Translations under genes and position numbers: made by a program
Shown: one piece after another, positions 1-8,593 of the stretch
Position numbering within the stretch: the stretch's first letter is position 1
How the letters are laid out: every line of letters begins with the position of its first letter
NCBI GenBank assembly: GCA_964388655.1
Contig: CAYMBI010000001.1
Coordinates: 1-30,011 of the forward strand
DNA length: 30,011 nucleotides
From: an uncultured Candidatus Saccharibacteria bacterium
GTDB taxonomy: Bacteria > Patescibacteriota > Dojkabacteria > SC72
Direction of reading: 5' to 3'
Notes under the pieces: model-generated
The model's database searches: none
What the model was told of the DNA's origin: nothing
The model's input: only the letters and a program-made list of their open reading frames with translations

Positions 1-57
1 GGGCCGGCGTTGGCGTCGTCGCCGCGGACGATGGCCCGGTAGTCTCCGCCCGAGATC
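1..57. other. GC-rich foreign fragment, probable chimeric junction at GATC (54-57)
   Basis: 43 of 57 bases are G/C by my count, against about one third in the rest of the window. Plus frame 3 reads AGVGVVAADDGPVVSARD with GC-rich third positions. The switch falls at GATC and interrupts the flippase frame. Confidence 0.7.
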
Positions 58-1126
58 CTGTATTGATTACTAAAACAGGTATAGCTTTTGCAGAGGTAAG
101 AGCAACAGGTAAAAGTAATGCCATCAATATACCATTAGCATACTGTGGGAAGAGAATATCTATTCCTACCTTAGTTAAAAACATCGCGATTGGAACAAAG
201 AGAATAGCTAATGTAAAAAAATATATTAAAGATCTTTTAAACAATCTTCTTACATTCTCATACTTCTTTAAAGAAAACATCTCTACAACATTAGGAGCGA
301 GTACCTGTCCAAGTACAGTGAAAGGTATTAAATATATTGCAAATATCTTGTTTAGAAGTTCATATACTGCAATCTCTTCTAAGAGATTGTATCTACCTAG
401 TATTAAGATATTTACTTTAGAAAAAAGGAAATATCCAAGTGTAGCTATACCAAAATATACTGAGTAAGAGACAATATCCTTTATTACCTTAGAATCATAT
501 TTAAACTCATACCCCTTATGAAGTAGTAAAAGAACTACTGCATACAAGGAGAAGAATACTACCTGAGTTAGTACTGCACCAATAAGGCCATATGTTGTAA
601 CAAGAATGTATGATGAAAGAATACCCAATACACCTGTACAGATTGAGACAATAGCTAAGGTCTTAAATTTCTTTAGACCTCTGTATATGCCATCTAGTAA
701 AGAAGTCAATGGATATATGAATATGAATGGTAATGCATAGTAGAGATATATGTAATACTCAGAAAAAATACTTTTAGCATATATAGCCATGAAGAGAATT
801 ACTAACATAGATACAAGAAATATTACTAATCCTGAGTTGAAAAGTACCCTACCTACCTTCTCTTTACTGATAGTATTGTACTGAGCTACATATTTAGAAG
901 TAGCAGTAGATATACCGAAATCTGCAAAGGCAATCATTAAAAAAAGTACTGAAGACATGTAATTGTATATACCCATTTCACCCTTGGTGAGAAAGTAAGT
1001 TGCAATGAAAAACATTAATGCACTACTTCCTTGTTTAGTTAGTATTTGGGTTAGTCTCCATCCAAAGGAATAGGAGAGTTCTTTGTTGTTTTGATATTTA
1101 GTAGTGAAGAAATCTTTAATATTCAT
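2..1126 (-). CDS. Wzx/MATE-like oligosaccharide flippase, 3'-truncated by the window edge or chimera
   Basis: Manual translation from ATG at 1126: MNIKDFFTTKYQNNKELSYSFGWRLTQILTKQGSSALMFFIATYFLTKGEMGIYNYMSSVLFLMIAFADFGISTATSKYVAQY... It has many hydrophobic helices, the Wzx-typical DFGISTA segment and no stop before the edge. It starts 9 bp after the kinase stop. Confidence 0.85.
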   Translation of the reverse strand, partial: MNIKDFFTTKYQNNKELSYSFGWRLTQILTKQGSSALMFFIATYFLTKGEMGIYNYMSSVLFLMIAFADFGISTATSKYVAQYNTISKEKVGRVLFNSGLVIFLVSMLVILFMAIYAKSIFSEYYIYLYYALPFIFIYPLTSLLDGIYRGLKKFKTLAIVSICTGVLGILSSYILVTTYGLIGAVLTQVVFFSLYAVVLLLLHKGYEFKYDSKVIKDIVSYSVYFGIATLGYFLFSKVNILILGRYNLLEEIAVYELLNKIFAIYLIPFTVLGQVLAPNVVEMFSLKKYENVRRLFKRSLIYFFTLAILFVPIAMFLTKVGIDILFPQYANGILMALLLPVALTSAKAIPVLVINTGSRAETTGPSSAATTPTPA

Positions 1127-1135
1127 TCAACAATT

Positions 1136-3343
1136 CTATTTCTTTAATCCAAGCTTTTCAAACATATTGCTTGAGTCACTACTTCCAATCTCTTGGCCTT
1201 TATATATTGGTAGAGTAAAAGAAAATGTACTTCCCTTGCCTATCTCACTCTCGACCCATATATCACCACCCATAAGTCTTACAAGACCAAATGTAACATA
1301 CAAACCAAGTCCCGTACCACCAGGTCTCACTATTTCAGAACCAAGGTAGTTATCTATTCTATAGAACTTCTCTCCTAATTTAGGGATATTTTCTTTTGGT
1401 ATTCCCTTACCTGTATCTTGTATTGTTACAGTAACAAAATTATCATCATATTTGGTACTTACTGTGACTGAACCTCTCTGTGTATATTTAATTGCGTTGC
1501 TAATTAAGTTGTTAAGTATTTCAACTACCCTTACCCTATCTGCATACACATTTGGAGTATTTGGATTTACATTGTTATTAAATTGGATTCCCTTTTCTTC
1601 AACATCTATCTCATGACCATGAGCTGCCATCTCTATTTCTGCTTTAATATCTACATTGTCATGTCTTATCTCAACCTTGTTCCCCTCTAATTTTGCAGAT
1701 GTAAGTAATGTATTGATTAATCCTATTTCAGTTTCTACAGACTTTTTTATTCTATCAATATATTTTTTAAATTCTGCAGGGTTACTCTCTATGAATTTTT
1801 CAAGAAGTTCTACATTAAGCTTTACAACTGTAGCTGGTGTTCTTAATTCATGCCCCATTATATCTATCATATCTGCTTCTTTCCTTCTTGCTTCTTCTAA
1901 TTCTTTAACCTTAATTTGTAATTCTTTGGTTTGTTCATTTACTTTCTCTTGAAGAGACTTATTAAATACTTCAACTTCTTGATACAAGAAAGCTCTTTGC
2001 AAAGAGATTGCCATAGAAGATCCAACTGATCTAATATATTCTAAATCCTGAATAGAGTATGTTTTTGCTGCTTTACCATCTTCAATTGTAATATACACAT
2101 TCCAGTCAATTAGGCTAGATTTTTGGATTGGAAAAATTACTCGAAGATTATATTTCTCAAAGAGATGTCTGAATGATTCTTTCCCATCAACATGCATTAG
2201 CTCATCTTTTATTAATGGTTGTTTAATTGTCTCTAAGAGTTCTAAATCTGCAATATCATTCAACGAAAGCCCATACGATTTAAAATCCTCCAATATTTTA
2301 CCGTTTTTCGTTATCAAAATCTTTGTTGGAGAATTAAATATTCTTTTAAGTAAATTTTGAGTTCTATCAAGAATTACACTTACATCTAAGGTATCATTGA
2401 AAACAATGATTAGTTTCTCCTTTTCCTCTTGCATATCAATATTGTAATCGTAAAAAACTTTCTTAACTATTACATCTAATTTCTCATTCGCAAATACAAA
2501 AAGGAAAACAAAAAGTGCAGAGTACAAATATCCTGTTACCAATGCTTCGGGTTCATATATTCCACCCCAAACGATATTTTGCACAAAGGAAACAAGATGA
2601 AATATTGCATATGGTACAATCGAGATAAAGAGAACATATACCAGTTTACTCACTATTAGTTTTGTACTTGGAAATCGATATCTTAAAATTGCATAGTAGG
2701 TTGCAAGGATGAAAAAAATTAGGCTTAATGGTCCTAATGCTCTAATTTCGTTAAATTCAAGTATTGGAAATATTAAGTTTGTACTAAAGGAACTAAGTAT
2801 AGAAAGCATAGAACCAAGGAAGATGTAGAATATTTGTGCTTTTGTTACAAGGTTCTGCTCTCTTTTGTAAGCTGCGAAGAACAAGATTGCAGAGTAACAG
2901 AAAATTATTCCTGTATAGATGACGAAATATATATTAAAGTCACCTCTAATTGATTGTAGGTGATTTTCGGAATATACAACATCCTTAACTATTCCGTCCG
3001 TAATTGAAAGAATTACAAATACAAAAGAAATAATACCCCAAAAAATCTTTCCAAGAAGAGCGTGTTTCCCTTCATAGTAAGTTCTTACGAAAAGATAGTA
3101 CCAATATCCAATAAGGGCAGAGGTTACAAATGAAAATCTAGACGCCCAAAGAGCCACTGTGTGGTTCTGGCTAAAGAGATCTGTAACTAAAATAGATAGT
3201 GACCAAAGTATAACCCAAAAGACTAATATCGAGAAGGTTTGCCTTTTCTCTGCATTAGAGAGATTCTTTTCTTTAAGTACTTTGTAAATAATAAAAGTAC
3301 AAAGGAGAATGATTATAGATAACGCTATAAATCCTAATATCAT
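1136..3343 (-). CDS. Membrane sensor histidine kinase: N-terminal multi-TM (HisKA_7TM-like) region, GAF-like region, HisKA, HATPase_c
   Basis: H-box GHELRTP, N-box LNNLISNAIKYT, G1 QDTGKGI and G2 GGTGLGL. The first ~290 aa are polytopic membrane. There is no receiver domain. Confidence 0.92.
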   Translation of the reverse strand: MILGFIALSIIILLCTFIIYKVLKEKNLSNAEKRQTFSILVFWVILWSLSILVTDLFSQNHTVALWASRFSFVTSALIGYWYYLFVRTYYEGKHALLGKIFWGIISFVFVILSITDGIVKDVVYSENHLQSIRGDFNIYFVIYTGIIFCYSAILFFAAYKREQNLVTKAQIFYIFLGSMLSILSSFSTNLIFPILEFNEIRALGPLSLIFFILATYYAILRYRFPSTKLIVSKLVYVLFISIVPYAIFHLVSFVQNIVWGGIYEPEALVTGYLYSALFVFLFVFANEKLDVIVKKVFYDYNIDMQEEKEKLIIVFNDTLDVSVILDRTQNLLKRIFNSPTKILITKNGKILEDFKSYGLSLNDIADLELLETIKQPLIKDELMHVDGKESFRHLFEKYNLRVIFPIQKSSLIDWNVYITIEDGKAAKTYSIQDLEYIRSVGSSMAISLQRAFLYQEVEVFNKSLQEKVNEQTKELQIKVKELEEARRKEADMIDIMGHELRTPATVVKLNVELLEKFIESNPAEFKKYIDRIKKSVETEIGLINTLLTSAKLEGNKVEIRHDNVDIKAEIEMAAHGHEIDVEEKGIQFNNNVNPNTPNVYADRVRVVEILNNLISNAIKYTQRGSVTVSTKYDDNFVTVTIQDTGKGIPKENIPKLGEKFYRIDNYLGSEIVRPGGTGLGLYVTFGLVRLMGGDIWVESEIGKGSTFSFTLPIYKGQEIGSSDSSNMFEKLGLKK

Positions 3344-4614
3344 TTCTTTTCAACTAAATCATATATAAATTGTACAACAGTTTTTCTTGGTTTGTAATTC
3401 TTTGCCTTTAATCTTAATGAATATTCATATGCATTCTTTGTATATACTGGATTTTTTAATATCTCTGATACTGCTTCCAATATTTTTGCTGGAACAGTAT
3501 CATCCTTTATTTGATAGCTTTCTCTTTTAGAAAACTTCAATATACTAGTTTTGTTTACATTAATACCTAAGCCCATTTCTTCTAATCTGTTTGCAAAATA
3601 TGCCTGATCTATACCTACTGGGAATGATACAACTGGCTTACCATTTTCTAATGCTTGCATTATTGCCCCCTGAGAACCCGTATTTACAATCACATCTGCG
3701 TATTTAGAAACTCTTAATCCTGGAATAAAAGTCCTTATTATCAAACTATCATTGTCCTTCTGGAATTTTTCCCTTGGGAAATTTGGACCAAGAGCAACAA
3801 TTACCTTTGCATCTAAGTCTTTAATGAAATTAAGAATTCTACGATATGTTTCTAATTCAAATACACTACCTCCAAAGTTTATAAGCACCAATTTTGAGTT
3901 TCCCTTGAATTCCTCAAGTTTTTTTTCTGTTAAATCTGTTTTCATCTTTTCGAAACCATTCCAGAATATAGGTCCGACATATTTAGTTCTACCATCTAAT
4001 TCTAGCTGTGGTTCAAATTCGTCATCACCAGGTATGAGTACATGCATTGGAGCATAAAGCTCTTCTCTACTCTTTATCTCTTGGGTTATACCCAATTTCC
4101 TGTAAGCATCTAATATTTCAGAAAGATAGTTCTTAACAAAAGATTTCTTAAATACAGGATTAAGTAATTTTCTCAAAATTTTGTGTTTTGTACTATCAGT
4201 AGCCAAGGAAATACCCATTAAACCTTTAGACTTAGGTAGATATTGTCCATTCATTAAAGCTACTACAGGTATTTCAGTTGCAAATGCTACTTGAGGACCA
4301 AAGAATCCAGGTGAAGTAATCACAACATCTGCTTTAACTTGTTTTGCTGCCTCTATCTCGGCGCCCAACCAATCAATCATTTCTTCTTTGTGTGTTGCTA
4401 AATAGTTTACAGATTGATCTTTAGGGTCATTAAGATTAAAAGGTTTGTATGTTCTTACAATTTCATATCCTTGGTTTTCGATAAAACTTGCCTTACTTGT
4501 ACAGGATGTGAAATACACTTTGTCTCCATTTTTAAGGAATTCTTCTGCTAATGCAAAACTTCTAATAACATGAGCTATAGAACTACTAGTGATAGGTGTA
4601 AAAAGAATATTCAT
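3340..4614 (-). CDS. GT1-family (UDP-glycosyltransferase/MGT-like) glycosyltransferase
   Basis: N-terminal SSIAHVIRSFALAEEF with catalytic-His position. C-terminal VIVNTGSQGAIMQALENGKPVVSFPVGIDQ resembles the UDPGT signature. Start moved to ATG 4614 (MNILF); the track start at 4650 is a GTG. Overlaps the kinase start by 4 bp. Confidence 0.8.
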   Translation of the reverse strand: MNILFTPITSSSIAHVIRSFALAEEFLKNGDKVYFTSCTSKASFIENQGYEIVRTYKPFNLNDPKDQSVNYLATHKEEMIDWLGAEIEAAKQVKADVVITSPGFFGPQVAFATEIPVVALMNGQYLPKSKGLMGISLATDSTKHKILRKLLNPVFKKSFVKNYLSEILDAYRKLGITQEIKSREELYAPMHVLIPGDDEFEPQLELDGRTKYVGPIFWNGFEKMKTDLTEKKLEEFKGNSKLVLINFGGSVFELETYRRILNFIKDLDAKVIVALGPNFPREKFQKDNDSLIIRTFIPGLRVSKYADVIVNTGSQGAIMQALENGKPVVSFPVGIDQAYFANRLEEMGLGINVNKTSILKFSKRESYQIKDDTVPAKILEAVSEILKNPVYTKNAYEYSLRLKAKNYKPRKTVVQFIYDLVEKK

Positions 4615-4664
4615 TTGTACTTTCCAATCATATATGTAAAGTAAGAACACAACATACAGGTATC

Positions 4665-5861
4665 TTACTTGATTGAAAATTCTTTGTAAACAGATTTAAA
4701 AACCTCAATTGTCATATCAGTAGTATTTTCCCAGGAAAATTCTTTACCTCTTTGTAAACCTTTTTTTATTAATTCATCTCTAAGCTTCCTGTCTTTGTAT
4801 ATTTTGTACATGCTCTCTCCTACCTCTTTAGGGTTCTGACCGTTAACAAGTATTCCTGCATCTTCGAGCACTTCAGGATAGCAAGATCCATTGTGAGCTA
4901 TTACAGGTGTACCTGATTTCATTGCTTCTACTAGTGCAATACCAAATCCTTCATACAATGAGAGATGTATAAAGGAGATTGAGTTACTAAGGAGTGGTTT
5001 TACATGAGAATCCTCATAGAAACCAGTAAAGATTACATTCTCTTTTAGTCCTAAACATTCAACCTTGTCTCTAAATTTTACAACCCTTTTATCGACTTCT
5101 TTTGTAAAGTTTTTCCCAGCAATTACCAAGTATGGAGCCTTACTATCATGCTTTACCTTAGTAAGAAATTCTCTGTATCCTTTTACTACTCCTTCAGAAT
5201 TTTTGTTAAGACCTGGTGTTCCGCCCATATATATGAAGTATCCTCTCTCTTTGTAATCTTTAGGTAAAGAAGAATCCCACCCTTGTGTGTCTTTAGATTC
5301 TTGTACTTCTCCATCTAGATATATTGGGTATATATTCTGTTTAGGGTATTTAGGGAAGTATTTTCTAAAATCTTTTGCTGTATATTTGGAGTTTGTAATT
5401 ATGGCTTTACAATATTTAGCTTTGTACATCTCCATCCAATACTGTATACCTCTAAATATATTGTGAAATATACTTTGCTCAGAATATATATTGAATATTG
5501 GTAATATGAAATCATGTACCATTAGTACTGTGGGTATATGTAGTGATGGTATCCCTATCCAGAAGTAAGGACAGAAATATATACTGTCTTCTCTTTTGTA
5601 CTGTTTAATAGCGGGGAGTATTTTGAATGTATATGTAAGAAAATTTTTGTAATCAGAGGGTTTTACTTTTCCTAATCTGTGTATGTGTATATTCTTTCCT
5701 TTAAGGTATGGATCTAGTGTAGATTCCCCATCAAACATGAGTAACGTTATATCTATATCTTTCTTTTCTAGTATTCTACTTACAATGTGCTTAGTATATT
5801 GACCAATACCATTGTATTTAAGTTGATTTTGAGTAGTTGTACAATCAATTATTAAATGCAT
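4665..5861 (-). CDS. GT4-family glycosyltransferase
   Basis: NGIGQYT N-terminal motif and SLYEGFGIALVEAMKSGTPVI (EX7E) motif. The likely start is ATG 5861 (MHLIID); the upstream extension in the track runs into the structured leader. Confidence 0.9.
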   Translation of the reverse strand: MHLIIDCTTTQNQLKYNGIGQYTKHIVSRILEKKDIDITLLMFDGESTLDPYLKGKNIHIHRLGKVKPSDYKNFLTYTFKILPAIKQYKREDSIYFCPYFWIGIPSLHIPTVLMVHDFILPIFNIYSEQSIFHNIFRGIQYWMEMYKAKYCKAIITNSKYTAKDFRKYFPKYPKQNIYPIYLDGEVQESKDTQGWDSSLPKDYKERGYFIYMGGTPGLNKNSEGVVKGYREFLTKVKHDSKAPYLVIAGKNFTKEVDKRVVKFRDKVECLGLKENVIFTGFYEDSHVKPLLSNSISFIHLSLYEGFGIALVEAMKSGTPVIAHNGSCYPEVLEDAGILVNGQNPKEVGESMYKIYKDRKLRDELIKKGLQRGKEFSWENTTDMTIEVFKSVYKEFSIK

Positions 5862-6024
5862 GGTATATATTAGCAGATGGGAGAATGAGTACCAAGAGGT
5901 GTCCCTACCCCCAAGGTTTCCCAAGTGAGGTAGGGAGGTCTCGACCTAGGGTGGAAGACTTGCACTTCGTACATGGTGAGTCCTATCCTCACAGCACCCT
6001 ACAGAAGCTTTCGCTTCTGTACAA
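5862..6024 (-). ncRNA. Candidate structured RNA / 5' leader of the GT4-GT1-kinase-flippase operon (family not recognised)
   Basis: Abutting helices on the minus strand: ACAGAAGC-GAAA-GCUUCUGU (6001-6020); a three-way junction closed by UAGGGUG/CACCCUA (5995-6001/5947-5953); AGGU-CGAG-ACCU (5936-5947); and UCCCUACCUC...GG-GAAA-CC...GGGGUAGGGA (5902-5936). GAAA tetraloops and G-U pairs favour the minus strand. Confidence 0.5.
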
Positions 6025-6028
6025 CCCT

Positions 6029-6057
6029 ATTTTAACGATATTTTCTTGGAATTCCAA
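6029..6057 (-). promoter_or_regulatory. sigma70-like promoter TTGGAA-N17-TAAAAT
   Basis: -35 at 6052-6057 and -10 at 6029-6034 with a 17-nt spacer. The predicted start is just upstream of the first hairpin. Confidence 0.5.
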
Positions 6058-6068
6058 ACTACTAATTA

Positions 6069-6905
6069 TTATTCACCCAAATATTCTTTTAACATCTCTC
6101 TCCATGATCTCATTTCAGGTAATTTTGTATTAATTAATTGAGACCTATTTGGCACTACTGCCTTCCTTCCAAAATCTTTTAACTTAGACTCTTTTACAGG
6201 TGTTTTTATACCTTGCATATTTAATATTTCCTTTGCAAATTCATTTCTTGAACATGTATCCCTACTTGATATGTGGTAAATATCTGGTTTAATGTCACCC
6301 TGAATTGCAGAAAGAATAGATTGACTCAAATCTCCTACATATGTCGGACAACCTACTTCATCTGTAACAACCTTTAGTTCTGGTAACTCCTTAGCATATT
6401 TAGTAATCTTCTCTATGAAATTTGTAGCATTGGGACCAAACAACCACGATGTTCTAAAAATATATATCTTCCCTCCCACTTCTAAGATATTCTTCTCTCC
6501 CATTAATTTGGATTCACCATATACATTAAGTGGTTTAAAATTTTTGTAGTCTTCTCTATATCCTTCCTTTAGATTTTCACCAAATACATAATCTGTGGAT
6601 ATATGCACAAAGGGGATATCTAACCCCTTACAAACCTGTGCCATATACTTTGGAGCATTAGCATTTACCTTAAAAGCCATCTCTTTTTCTTCCTCGGCTT
6701 TCTCTACATTTGTATATGCACTACAATTTACTACAACGTTGGGATTAGATTTTAAAACAACACTTTTTACCTGGTCTTCCAAAGTAATATCAATACCACC
6801 ATCAGCTCTGTCATTTCTCTCTACCTCATATCCTTTCTCTTCCAGAAATGAAGAAAGGAAATTACCAAGCATTCCACTAGAACCAAATATTAGAATCTTT
6901 TTCAT
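6069..6905 (-). CDS. rmlD: dTDP-4-dehydrorhamnose reductase
   Basis: GSSGMLG Rossmann motif, NCSAYTNVEKAE, HISTDYVF, YGESK (YxxxK), RTSWLFG; located in the rml cluster. Confidence 0.95.
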   Translation of the reverse strand: MKKILIFGSSGMLGNFLSSFLEEKGYEVERNDRADGGIDITLEDQVKSVVLKSNPNVVVNCSAYTNVEKAEEEKEMAFKVNANAPKYMAQVCKGLDIPFVHISTDYVFGENLKEGYREDYKNFKPLNVYGESKLMGEKNILEVGGKIYIFRTSWLFGPNATNFIEKITKYAKELPELKVVTDEVGCPTYVGDLSQSILSAIQGDIKPDIYHISSRDTCSRNEFAKEILNMQGIKTPVKESKLKDFGRKAVVPNRSQLINTKLPEMRSWREMLKEYLGE

Positions 6906-6922
6906 TGTTAACTGCTAAGAAA

Positions 6923-7471
6923 TTAGAATAAGTCTTCAGGTTTTATATCCTTAAGCATTGGATTTGATTTATCCTTTTCAGAAAGTATTGGATCATCTAT
7001 TTGCCAATCTACTCCAATATCAGGATCATTCCAAAGAAGGGCACCTTCATTTTCTTTAGAGTAAAAATTACTTACTTTGTATTCAAAGTCCGCAATTTCA
7101 CTCAAAACTAAAAAACCATGTGCAAAACCCTTAGGAACAAGGAATACAAAGTGGTTTTCATCGGACAGCTCAACTGCTTCATACTTACCAAAAGTTGGAG
7201 AATCCCTTCTAATATCTACAGCAACATCAAGCACCTTTCCCGTTGCAACTCTTACGAGTTTATCCTGAGCATATTCACCCTTTTGCCAATGAAGACCTCT
7301 TAACACTCCCTTGGAGGATCTTGAGTGATTATCTTGCACCCATTTAATATCTATACCATTCTCTTTAAAAATCTTCTCATTGTATGTTTCCTTAAAAAAT
7401 CCTCTATTATCACCAAATACATTAGGAGTAATCAACACTAAATCTGGAATACTTAATCTTTTAAATTCCAT
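6923..7471 (-). CDS. rmlC: dTDP-4-dehydrorhamnose 3,5-epimerase
   Basis: FGDNRGFFKETY, QDNHSRSSKGVLRGLHWQ, VPKGFAHGF motifs. Confidence 0.96.
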   Translation of the reverse strand: MEFKRLSIPDLVLITPNVFGDNRGFFKETYNEKIFKENGIDIKWVQDNHSRSSKGVLRGLHWQKGEYAQDKLVRVATGKVLDVAVDIRRDSPTFGKYEAVELSDENHFVFLVPKGFAHGFLVLSEIADFEYKVSNFYSKENEGALLWNDPDIGVDWQIDDPILSEKDKSNPMLKDIKPEDLF

Positions 7472-7488
7472 CCTCTTTCTATATCAAT

Positions 7489-8571
7489 TTATTTATGAAT
7501 TTCAACTTTCGAATCATCTCCGATGAAGAGTCTGTCTGCTTTAGGATGACCATTTTTACTTGTTACTTCTGCATTCCATCCTATTAAACAGCTATCTAAT
7601 CTCCTATCTAAATCATGGACATTACAGTTTCCCATTAGGATACTGTTTTCTATCTCAACATTTTTAACTACACAGCCTTCACCAATTGATGTAAAAGGTC
7701 CTATGTATGAATCTTCTACTACGGCATTCTCAGCAATAGAGATAGGACCTCTTAGTATACAATTCTTTATCTTAGCACCCTTTTTAATCTCTACATTCCC
7801 CTCTATATTTGAATCTACTACCTTACCTTCACATGTATCTAACACCTCTCTTTCAAGTATTAGTCTATTAGCAAGTATTAGATCTTCTGGTGCCCCTGTA
7901 TCTTTCCACCACCCTGTTACCTCTGATGCTGTCATTGTATATCCATTCTCTATCATCCAGTTGTTAATTACTGGTGGATAGTATTCTGGTTTTCCTGTTC
8001 CTTTAGGATCTATTGGTTTTACATGATCAAAGGCTTTGAATACCGCAGGTGTAAAGAAATATATTGCAGAAAGGACCAAATCACTTACAAACTCTTTAGG
8101 TTTCTCTACTGTCTTTACTATCTTTCCATCCTTCATTACAGCTACACCAAAGTTTTGATAGTCAGGTCTTTTAACTACTAATACATGAGCATCTGATTTT
8201 TTCTTTTTAAAATCTTCATAGTGTTGTTTAAGACCACCTGTTAGGATATTGTCTCCTGCTGAGAAGAGAAATTCATCATCCCCGATTAATTTCTCTGCTA
8301 ACTTAATTGGATACATCATTCCATTTGGTTCTGGTTGTTCAATGTAAGAAATCTTACATCCAAATCTCTTACCATCACCTAAGAGCTCTCTCATTTCAGT
8401 ATCGCCTACATTTACATTGATGATTACATCCTTTATTCCTAAATCCACTGCATCTAATATTATCCTCTCTATCATTGGCCTATTCCCTATTGGTAGAGCA
8501 TGTTTGTTTTTAGTATGTGTAAGAGGTCTTAGTCTTGTTCCTCTTCCTCCTGCTAGTATGAGTGCTTTCAT
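7489..8571 (-). CDS. rmlA: Glucose-1-phosphate thymidylyltransferase, long form with C-terminal beta-helix
   Basis: LAGGRGTRLRPLT, GDN and VEKP motifs, WWKDTG, and hexapeptide repeats in the C-terminus; lies between rmlB and rmlC. Confidence 0.9.
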   Translation of the reverse strand: MKALILAGGRGTRLRPLTHTKNKHALPIGNRPMIERIILDAVDLGIKDVIINVNVGDTEMRELLGDGKRFGCKISYIEQPEPNGMMYPIKLAEKLIGDDEFLFSAGDNILTGGLKQHYEDFKKKKSDAHVLVVKRPDYQNFGVAVMKDGKIVKTVEKPKEFVSDLVLSAIYFFTPAVFKAFDHVKPIDPKGTGKPEYYPPVINNWMIENGYTMTASEVTGWWKDTGAPEDLILANRLILEREVLDTCEGKVVDSNIEGNVEIKKGAKIKNCILRGPISIAENAVVEDSYIGPFTSIGEGCVVKNVEIENSILMGNCNVHDLDRRLDSCLIGWNAEVTSKNGHPKADRLFIGDDSKVEIHK

Positions 8572-8593
8572 TGTTTAAAGAATATATATTAAT

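Noticed and set aside
63-467. 134-aa plus-strand ORF
   Set aside because: Antisense shadow of the flippase.
5942-5949. CGACCTAG shared with 28427-28434 in the other structured region
   Set aside because: A shared 8-mer between two ~200-bp, ~50% GC segments is expected about once by chance.
5947-5956. TAGGGTGGAA resembling a T-box sequence (AGGGTGGNACC)
   Set aside because: Lacks the ACC, lies on the strand opposite the downstream genes, and has no stem I or amino-acid gene context.
5837-6133. 98-aa plus-strand ORF over the structured leader
   Set aside because: Overlaps two minus-strand genes and has no protein-like features; the GC-rich sequence is better explained by RNA structure.
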